Below, in pieces: positions 25,669-32,000 of a stretch of 32,000 nt of DNA. Positions within the stretch are counted from its first letter, which is position 1. Every line of letters starts with the position of its first letter. A model generated the notes under the pieces. That model saw nothing but the letters and a program-made list of their open reading frames with translations. It was not told where the DNA came from and did no database searches. The stretch covers positions 30,001-62,000 of the forward strand of contig SHMX01000005.1 in assembly GCA_008080745.1 (NCBI GenBank). Reading direction: 5' to 3'. Origin of the DNA: Candidatus Thorarchaeota archaeon (GTDB lineage Archaea > Asgardarchaeota > Thorarchaeia > Thorarchaeales > Thorarchaeaceae). Made by a program: the position numbers and the translations under genes.

Positions 25669-26892
25669 ATGACAGAAAAATCAAAGGTCTACTATGGTTC
25701 TGTGATAGCTGGGCAACCTGAGAGATTTGCAAACCCCTCTGAAAAATTGGATAAGATTCTGGAGAATCTTGATTTGAGTACCATTGAGAAACGTGACAAG
25801 GTGGCAATCAAAATGCATCTTGGCTTCAATGATGGTTATCAAACAATACCTGTGTTTTTTGTAAGACGAATTGCCAAGGCCATCAAAGAACAGGGTGGTT
25901 TCCCGTTTGTAACTGATAATCCAACTGCTGTGTATAATGCGGCTGCCCGTGGTTATACCTCTGAGACCTGTGGTTGTCCCTTGATTCCTATTGCAGGTGT
26001 GAAGGATGGATATACAACCCAGAAGGAGATTGGATACAAGGGTGTAGATGACCTGGATGCTGCCGGGGTACTACTCGATGCTGATGTACTGGTCAATCTA
26101 TCACATACAAAGGGGCATGGTACTTGTGGTTACGGTGGCGCATTCAAGAATCTAGCTCTTGGTGGATATAGTGGTCCCTCACGTTGGCGAAAAATTCACG
26201 GAGTAGAACAATTTGACACATATTTTGACAAAGATAAGATGACCAAAGAACATATTCTGAAACTTCGTGAAGCTTGTCCTTTGGACGCACCAAATTGGAA
26301 TGATCAGACAGAGACCCCTTCACTAGCTTTCTATGCCTGTGATCAATGTCACGGGGCAGAAAAAAAACCCTGTGAAGAAGCGGACTCTGGATTAACTGGA
26401 TGGACTATTAAAGAGGAGAATTTCTACTCTTTCCAAGAACTTATGGCACATGCCACAAAAACAATCTTAGATTCTTTTAAAGAAGATAAGATGTTTCATA
26501 TCAATGTCATGATGGATATCACACCCTTCTGTGATTGTATGGGTATGGGTATGCCACAGGTCATTCCTGACGTTGGAATAGCTGGAAGCCGAGATATTGT
26601 AGCTGTTGAATATGCAAGCCTAGACCTCATTGCGGGTGCAGGTCTTATCGAGGGTGTTGTAAAACAGATTCCTAAAAGCTACATGAGAATCAATCCTGAT
26701 TTAGAAACAGATCTCCATCCATTCCAAATCTTACATGGCCCATTCAAGAATCCCTACAAGGTTGCAGAATATGGGGAATCCATGGGTCTTGGCTCTCGTG
26801 ACTATGATCTTGTGGAGATACTCTCTCCAGAAGAAACTGCTAAGATGGATAGTTCAGGTCATACCTATGAGGGTGGACCAAGCTTTTTCTAA
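25669..26892 (+). CDS. DUF362-domain Fe-S protein (COG2768-like)
   Basis: KVAIKMHLG, PFVTD, CGCPLI, SHTKGHGTCGYGGAFKNLALG, ITPFCDC, SRDIVAVE. The ATG at 25669 is preferred over the TTG at 25651. Confidence 0.9.
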   Translation: MTEKSKVYYGSVIAGQPERFANPSEKLDKILENLDLSTIEKRDKVAIKMHLGFNDGYQTIPVFFVRRIAKAIKEQGGFPFVTDNPTAVYNAAARGYTSETCGCPLIPIAGVKDGYTTQKEIGYKGVDDLDAAGVLLDADVLVNLSHTKGHGTCGYGGAFKNLALGGYSGPSRWRKIHGVEQFDTYFDKDKMTKEHILKLREACPLDAPNWNDQTETPSLAFYACDQCHGAEKKPCEEADSGLTGWTIKEENFYSFQELMAHATKTILDSFKEDKMFHINVMMDITPFCDCMGMGMPQVIPDVGIAGSRDIVAVEYASLDLIAGAGLIEGVVKQIPKSYMRINPDLETDLHPFQILHGPFKNPYKVAEYGESMGLGSRDYDLVEILSPEETAKMDSSGHTYEGGPSFF

Positions 26893-26906
26893 GGCTCTTT
26901 TGAGAT

Positions 26907-26929
26907 AGCAAGCGAAAGGTTCGCTTGCT
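26907..26929. terminator. Perfect 10-bp hairpin between convergent genes
   Basis: AGCAAGCGAA-AGG-TTCGCTTGCT lies between the DUF362 stop (26892) and the TSUP stop (26932). Confidence 0.6.
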
Positions 26930-26931
26930 CC

Positions 26932-27837
26932 TCATTCTTTCTCGTCCAAATCTTCAACCTCTTTTGTCTTTACAATCTTCACACTTACTCGTGTAAATAC
27001 CGCAAAGAGCATGAGGAAAATAATTACTGCAATGATTCCTGCAACAATATTCTGAACCAAGGTGTTGAAAATGGTATAGATTCCCAACATGACAGCTGCA
27101 GTACCTACAGTAGGGATAAGTCGTTTTGCCTTTACAGAATTAACAAAATATGCTGCAAAGGGTGCAGATAATACCGCTCCTATTAATAGAGGAATTTCAA
27201 GCTGTAGGAACAGGTCTAGACTTAATGTCGTCCTCTCTAGGAGGATGTAGAGCCCGTATGATGTTCCCGTTGTGACTGCTTCTGCTGTTGCTGTGGAAGC
27301 AACTGCTTTCTTGCTCTTTCGTCCTGACAATATCTGACCACCAGCAACTACTGCGCCATAACCTCCACCACTCAAGCTCTTGTTTATAGCAGCAATCAAC
27401 CCGAACATGGTGACACGTCTGTAGGTGAAATTCCACCTATATCTCTGAGCTACAAGAGATCCTGTGATAATCACGGTTAGTGCAACATAGACTGTGATAA
27501 TCATTTCAGAAAATGAAACTGCTATCGACACACCAATGGCAGCTCCTATCATACCCATAGTTGATAGAATTGCTGAAACCTTGAAGTCCTTTGATTCTGG
27601 ATCCGAACTGATAGTACCTGCTAATCTGTGGAGTACGGCGGTAATTGCAGATGAAACAAATTCTGAAAATAATATTGCTGGAACAACTCGATATACCGAA
27701 TAACCCCCTATTAGGAGAACGGGGGCCAAGATAGTACCATAACCAAGTCCCAAGGTAGAATCAAAATACTTGCTAATGAAACCGACAATGCACAATAATA
27801 TGAACAAGAACATGAAAATGTCCATTCTTCTGCACAC
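26932..27837 (-). CDS. Sulfite exporter TauE/SafE (TSUP) family transporter
   Basis: DSTLGLGYGTILAPVLL and GGGYG..V duplicated motifs, AVAST, PLLIGAVLSAPFAA, multi-TM. An alternative ATG is at 27825. Confidence 0.9.
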   Translation of the reverse strand: MCRRMDIFMFLFILLCIVGFISKYFDSTLGLGYGTILAPVLLIGGYSVYRVVPAILFSEFVSSAITAVLHRLAGTISSDPESKDFKVSAILSTMGMIGAAIGVSIAVSFSEMIITVYVALTVIITGSLVAQRYRWNFTYRRVTMFGLIAAINKSLSGGGYGAVVAGGQILSGRKSKKAVASTATAEAVTTGTSYGLYILLERTTLSLDLFLQLEIPLLIGAVLSAPFAAYFVNSVKAKRLIPTVGTAAVMLGIYTIFNTLVQNIVAGIIAVIIFLMLFAVFTRVSVKIVKTKEVEDLDEKE

Positions 27838-27916
27838 TCCATTCTTTATATGGGGATTTCAAACTCGATACCTGCTTGGCTTCACTCCATATCCCTTTAT
27901 TTTTGTTGCTTTTGTG

Positions 27917-29230
27917 TTATTCAATCATGGGATCAGGTAATTTGAGCCCTTCATGTGCTTTTTCCTCAAAGACCTGCTTAGCAGCCACCATGAGGCTCTT
28001 CTCAATACCTGCAATGTTGTGGTTGGTTGCAACAAGCATGTTGACCTTGGTGATGAGACCGTCATCATCTGTCCAGTAGTTGTGGATGAGCGTTCCGCGT
28101 GGCGCCTCCACACAACCTACACCTTGTCCTTTTCTTGGCTCGACATCGGATAGTTTCACATCTGTACTGACTATCTCTGGGTCCTCAAGTAGCATCTCTA
28201 TCTCTTCAATGGCTTGGACCAATTCGATGATTCTAGCCCAGTGGTATGCAAAAGTTGCATGTATCACTCTTCCAAGCTTGTCACGCATCTCTTGTAATGC
28301 TTCGTCAGCTAAGGGTGTTGCCATCTTGTCGACAACATTGCATCGCGCTAGTGAATTAGCTCGCCAAATTCCCTCAGGATATCCTACAGGTTTGTAATAA
28401 ATGTGGGTTGCATAGGAGTGGTCGGAAACATATTCGCCCATGTATTTCTTGTAACTCCTTGGTGTGAAATCTTCAACGATTTCTCCCTCGGGGTTCATCA
28501 CACGCAGCTTACCTTCGTAGATTTCTAAGTTTCCTTTGTCATGCAGACCGACATAATATGTTGGTGCAATAGCTAATTTTGTAATCGGGTCCCAGTAATC
28601 AGTCACAACTTTCTTTGCTAGGTCTACAGTTTGAAGTGTCCAATCTTTTGCTTCTTTCACCCTCTCAAGGAATATGTCTCTTTTCTCTTCAGAGAATGGA
28701 TTTAGCATTCCACCTGGTGTTGCAGTAACTGGATGTATTGCTTTACCACCAACTGCTGTTACCAGATCTTGACCAAACTTCATTACTTGCAGGGCGAGTT
28801 TTCCTACATCGGGTAATTCTTTGATAATTGTGGCAACATTGCGTTTTGCAGGGTCCGCAAAGGGTCCCACAACAAAGTCCGGAGCTGCCAAGGCAAAAAA
28901 GTGCAGAGCATGACTGCTATATTGTTTTGCATTGATTGCCAATCTTCGTAATTTTATGGCTGCCGGAGGTGGAGTTACTTTCCATGCGTCCTCAACAGCT
29001 TTCACAGAGGCAAGATGATGTGGAACTGGGCAAATACCACAGATTCGAGGAGCAACTCTTGGTGCCTCCTCAGCAAATCTGCCCTCTAGGAACTTCTCAA
29101 AGAATCGTGTGGATGACACATTGAATTGTACATCCTTGACTTTACCATCTTTTGTCATCTTTACTGTTAACTCACCATGTCCCTCAAGTCGGGTGACTGG
29201 ATGAATTTTGATAGTCTTTTCGTCAGTCAT
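27917..29230 (-). CDS. mvhA: [NiFe]-hydrogenase large subunit, group 3c MvhA/VhuA type, lacking the C-terminal L2 motif
   Basis: PVTRLEGHG, L1 motif RICGICPVPHH, EAPRGTLIHNY, VATNHN. The protein ends KLPDPMIE with no DPCxxC. Confidence 0.93.
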   Translation of the reverse strand: MTDEKTIKIHPVTRLEGHGELTVKMTKDGKVKDVQFNVSSTRFFEKFLEGRFAEEAPRVAPRICGICPVPHHLASVKAVEDAWKVTPPPAAIKLRRLAINAKQYSSHALHFFALAAPDFVVGPFADPAKRNVATIIKELPDVGKLALQVMKFGQDLVTAVGGKAIHPVTATPGGMLNPFSEEKRDIFLERVKEAKDWTLQTVDLAKKVVTDYWDPITKLAIAPTYYVGLHDKGNLEIYEGKLRVMNPEGEIVEDFTPRSYKKYMGEYVSDHSYATHIYYKPVGYPEGIWRANSLARCNVVDKMATPLADEALQEMRDKLGRVIHATFAYHWARIIELVQAIEEIEMLLEDPEIVSTDVKLSDVEPRKGQGVGCVEAPRGTLIHNYWTDDDGLITKVNMLVATNHNIAGIEKSLMVAAKQVFEEKAHEGLKLPDPMIE

Positions 29231-30135
29231 TTCTCTTCTCTCTCCTTGTCACGAATCTTTGAAAGATATGAAGCTCCATAATCTGTAAAGTAAAAGCTAC
29301 CAATTGGGTCTGGAAATGCCTTTTCCAATTCCTCTGGGTCCATGTCTGCAATGGCACCCAATGCAGAGATTATCTTTGCTCCGTGATCTTTTATTCCTGG
29401 TGGGGGTCCAAAACAGCCCTTACAAGGAGTATTCACTGTTGGACATTGAGCACCACACATCCCTATCGTTGCAAAACCTAGACAGAGATATCCCTGATCA
29501 AGGAGGCATTTGTCGGGATCTATATGCCCCTCATGAGCACGTTTGAACTTGGTTATACTCTTCTCTTTCCGTTCCTTTGGGCATTGGTCACAGACGGTCT
29601 TTTCTGGAAGATCATATGGTTTTCCAGTGAGTAGCGCTGATAATGCCTCTAAGGTATTCTCGCTAGTTGGAGGGCATCCTGGAAACGGGACATCGAACTT
29701 TACAATCTCCGTATTAGGTACAACACTCTCAGTAAAGCCAGGCATCTCTTCCTCAGGTATACGACCATCTTCTACTGTATCGGCTTTTAGGAATTTTCTC
29801 TCTAGTAATTCCTTGAGTTCCCACTGATTGCCAAGTCCCTGAACACCACCATAACATGAGCAAGAGCCCCATGCAACGAGAATCTTGGCCTTCTTTCTCA
29901 TAAGTTTCAGTAGATGAACATCTTCTTTTGTTCTGCAACTTCCCTCGACTAACCCAATGTGTATAGATTCATCTGGCATTGCCTCAAGGTCCTTCAGTTT
30001 GTAATCCACCACTGCAGGCCAGTAGACAATCTCAAGCTGTGGAAGTACTTCCAACAACGTTAGATGGAGATCTACTAATGATTGGTCACAACCCCAGCAT
30101 GAGGTGAGCTGTGCAAGGGCAATTCGTTTAGCCAT
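29227..30135 (-). CDS. mvhG: [NiFe]-hydrogenase small subunit MvhG/VhuG
   Basis: SCWGC, VEGS, GSCSCYGGV, PGCPP, VCDQC, CLLDQGYLCLG, CGAQCP..PCKGCFG. ATG at 30135, ATGA overlap with mvhA. Confidence 0.95.
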   Translation of the reverse strand: MAKRIALAQLTSCWGCDQSLVDLHLTLLEVLPQLEIVYWPAVVDYKLKDLEAMPDESIHIGLVEGSCRTKEDVHLLKLMRKKAKILVAWGSCSCYGGVQGLGNQWELKELLERKFLKADTVEDGRIPEEEMPGFTESVVPNTEIVKFDVPFPGCPPTSENTLEALSALLTGKPYDLPEKTVCDQCPKERKEKSITKFKRAHEGHIDPDKCLLDQGYLCLGFATIGMCGAQCPTVNTPCKGCFGPPPGIKDHGAKIISALGAIADMDPEELEKAFPDPIGSFYFTDYGASYLSKIRDKEREEK

Positions 30136-30137
30136 AA

Positions 30138-30608
30138 TCAATCACTCTCTCCTGCAGGATTGGGTCCAAGTCGCTTCACGGTTTCAACCATCGTCTTCAC
30201 TCCTTCTGTAAAGACATCTCCTTCCGCAGCACTTGCCCATTGTAACCTTATTCGTTCTGGTTCAAGTCCAGCAGATTCTACCATCTTCTGAAGCAAGGCA
30301 AAACGAGCTTGCATTTTCAGATTTCCTGTAGAATAATGGCAGTCTCCTGGATGACAGCCAGAAATTAACACTCCATCTGCCCCTTGATTGAGAGCGTCAA
30401 GAATAAACGATGGGTCGATTCTACCTGTGCAGTTTACTCGGATAATTCTGACATTTGGTGGCATTTGCATCCTACTTGTGCCAGCTAGATCTGCGCCAGC
30501 GTAACTGCACCAGTTGCAACAGAACGCAACAATTCTAGGTTCAAATCCCTTTGCTTTCTTGCGTTTGGATTTCGTTGCCGTCTTTGGTTCTTGTGAAGTT
30601 GCTGTCAA
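30138..30608 (-). CDS. mvhD: Hydrogenase [2Fe-2S] subunit MvhD/VhuD (Cys form)
   Basis: FEPRIVAFCCNWCSYAGAD, RVNCTGR, GCHPGDCHY. The start is probably the TTG at 30608 (GGAGGT SD 9 nt upstream) rather than the ATG at 30680. Confidence 0.95.
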   Translation of the reverse strand: MTATSQEPKTATKSKRKKAKGFEPRIVAFCCNWCSYAGADLAGTSRMQMPPNVRIIRVNCTGRIDPSFILDALNQGADGVLISGCHPGDCHYSTGNLKMQARFALLQKMVESAGLEPERIRLQWASAAEGDVFTEGVKTMVETVKRLGPNPAGESD

Positions 30609-30766
30609 GTTCGTGGGACCTCCCGCGGACAGTTTAGCTCCGGTTTGATGTCGCCCTATTAAGATTGCTGGATTAGTCATGTATATGTTTTATTTTTGGT
30701 GAAAGGTATTGTTTTTATTGGTATAGCAGATTAGTATATCATAGACAGTTTGAGGAGCTAAAAATT

Positions 30767-31000
30767 GTGATAATGGCGTTCATAATGGCAAAAGTAGACT
30801 CTCCAAAAGCGAGAGAAGTATTGGAAGAAGTACGAAATCTGGAAGAAGTCCAAGAGGCTTATCTTATCTATGGTGCATATGACTTGATAGTAAAGGGGAA
30901 TTTCAAGAACCCTGAGGACCTGAGCGCATTTGTGGTTGATAGATTACGAGCAATAGAGGGAATCCATGATACAACCACTAATGTCTGTGCTACCTGCTAG
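30767..31000 (+). CDS. Stand-alone Lrp/AsnC ligand-binding (RAM) domain protein
   Basis: EVQEAYLIYGAYDLIVK..IEGIHDTTT pattern, no HTH, GAGGAG SD upstream. Confidence 0.9.
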   Translation: MIMAFIMAKVDSPKAREVLEEVRNLEEVQEAYLIYGAYDLIVKGNFKNPEDLSAFVVDRLRAIEGIHDTTTNVCATC

Positions 31001-31022
31001 AACTGTGGGAGATTGTGTATAA

Positions 31023-31343
31023 TTGGTTACTGAAGTTCATAGTAAACGTATCTACACTTTCAAACCACGGTTTGGAGCTCAAGTGCATTTGACTGCTGCA
31101 GAGATTAGGTCCGCCATTCTGAATCTGGGGACCAAGATTAAAGGCGCAAAATACACAGTTGAAGTCTTGTCAGAAGATACAGATCAGATTGAGATTTACT
31201 GTATCGCACCCACAGGTGAACTGGTCTATGAGATGGACACGAAGATTATGTACAAGATTTTGAACTTTTGTGAAGCGAATAATCTCGACTTCAGTGTAGG
31301 TCCGCTTAAAGCAAAGACTCCTACAATGGACGAGTGGGAGTAG
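31023..31343 (+). CDS. Hypothetical protein
   Basis: 106-aa ORF 22 nt after the RAM-domain gene, followed by a hairpin plus U tract. Confidence 0.65.
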   Translation: MVTEVHSKRIYTFKPRFGAQVHLTAAEIRSAILNLGTKIKGAKYTVEVLSEDTDQIEIYCIAPTGELVYEMDTKIMYKILNFCEANNLDFSVGPLKAKTPTMDEWE

Positions 31344-31368
31344 TTTTAGACTACTCCTTTCTATTTTT
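31337..31368 (+). terminator. 8-bp hairpin plus U-rich tract
   Basis: GGAGTAGT-TTTAG-ACTACTCC overlapping the stop codon, then TTTCTATTTTT. Confidence 0.6.
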
Positions 31369-31370
31369 AG

Positions 31371-32000
31371 TTATGTGAATCGTTTTCTTGTTTCCGATGC
31401 TTCTTGCATTTTTCCTTGTCCTTCTAGTGATTCAACTAGTCCAGCCCAAAGACGTTTATCCTCTGGGTCATGTCTTATAGCACTTCTATAACAATTCTCA
31501 GCGTCTTTGAATTGTTTTCCGACAAGATAGATTGCTCCAAGGCGAGCCCATGCCTCGGTAAAAGTAGAATCTAGCTCTGTAGCTCTCTTATAGGCCATGA
31601 AGCATTCTGGTATTCGATCAAGATTTAGTAAAACGGTACCACGGTTGAACCAGCCAATGGCATCTGTTGGACGTATTGCTTTGTGGCGGTCCAATGCATC
31701 CAATGCTTGTGGATAATCTCCTCTACCTGCCAAAATAGCACCGATCTCACGCCATGCTTGTGGATCTGAGGGATTCAGTTCAACTGTCTTCCGAAATGCC
31801 CTTTCCGCTTCTTTCATTTTGCCATCCATTTCATAAGTAAGGCCCAGATTGAACCAACAATCAGAATGAGAACTATTCAATTTCAGAGCCTTCCAATACA
31901 TTTTGATTGCATCACCTAGTTTTCCACTCTCACGATACAAATTCCCAAGATTATACCAGATTGTGTGCATATCCGGTTCTAATTTGCTTGCCCGTTTTAG
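31371..32000 (-). CDS. Tetratricopeptide repeat protein (5' end outside the window)
   Basis: Repeated W.NLG..Y..G...A...Y..A..L.P units. The frame stays open to the window edge (LKRASKLEPD before the ATG at 31970). Confidence 0.93.
   Translation of the reverse strand, partial: LKRASKLEPDMHTIWYNLGNLYRESGKLGDAIKMYWKALKLNSSHSDCWFNLGLTYEMDGKMKEAERAFRKTVELNPSDPQAWREIGAILAGRGDYPQALDALDRHKAIRPTDAIGWFNRGTVLLNLDRIPECFMAYKRATELDSTFTEAWARLGAIYLVGKQFKDAENCYRSAIRHDPEDKRLWAGLVESLEGQGKMQEASETRKRFT

Noticed and set aside
27838-27916. Possible SECIS element after mvhA (GGGAT..GTGAA..TGAA..ATCCC on the minus strand)
   Set aside because: A short outer stem and UGA/GA-like core can be drawn, but the upper stem pairs poorly and no upstream gene in the operon has an in-frame Sec TGA. 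It needs a covariance-model search.
245-29938. Numerous 60-195-aa ORFs antisense to or overlapping confident genes (e.g. 674-1099, 9918-10505, 18799-19251, 20923-21360)
   Set aside because: Shadow ORFs of well-supported genes with no independent motifs.
30138-30608. MvhD as a selenoprotein
   Set aside because: All motif positions are Cys codons (CCNWC, CTG, GCHPGDC). There is no in-frame TGA.
1-32000. rRNA, tRNA, IS elements, integrases, proviral genes
   Set aside because: Intergenic gaps are short (at most ~350 nt) with no cloverleaf or T-loop consensus, and no ORF has transposase, recombinase or capsid motifs.

Overview
Gene-dense archaeal chromosomal segment, most consistent with an Asgard archaeon (Thorarchaeia-like). 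This is inferred from an archaeal TFIIB, an archaeal-type LeuRS, two Ras-superfamily small GTPases and an Mvh/Vhu-type hydrogenase. I see no rRNA, tRNA, CRISPR array or mobile element. Housekeeping and metabolic content: tfb, leuS, TrmO/TsaA, MerR-GyrI plus a stand-alone GyrI, an FAD-oxidoreductase/CCG Fe-S/FAD-oxidoreductase operon, DUF362, a TSUP transporter, mvhD-G-A, Lrp-family proteins and a partial TPR protein. Main observations: (1) Two small-GTPase loci share the order GTPase, partner, methyltransferase. Both partners start with the same unnamed CxxC..H..H..D..RG domain. Locus 1 also has a stand-alone 7TM protein, a DENN-like partner and an ICMT-family enzyme, and looks like a candidate proto-eukaryotic signalling module. 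(2) The [NiFe]-hydrogenase large subunit lacks its C-terminal DPCxxC Ni-binding motif, resembling the VhuA/VhuU split, and no VhuU is seen in the window. (3) A secreted protein combines a caspase/CHAT-like His-Cys dyad with Ca-binding repeats. (4) An aspartoacylase-family protein has lost its Zn ligands. (5) Stem-loops recur at gene 3' ends, and there are two clear operator-like palindromes. All family calls come from motif recognition by eye, not from database searches.
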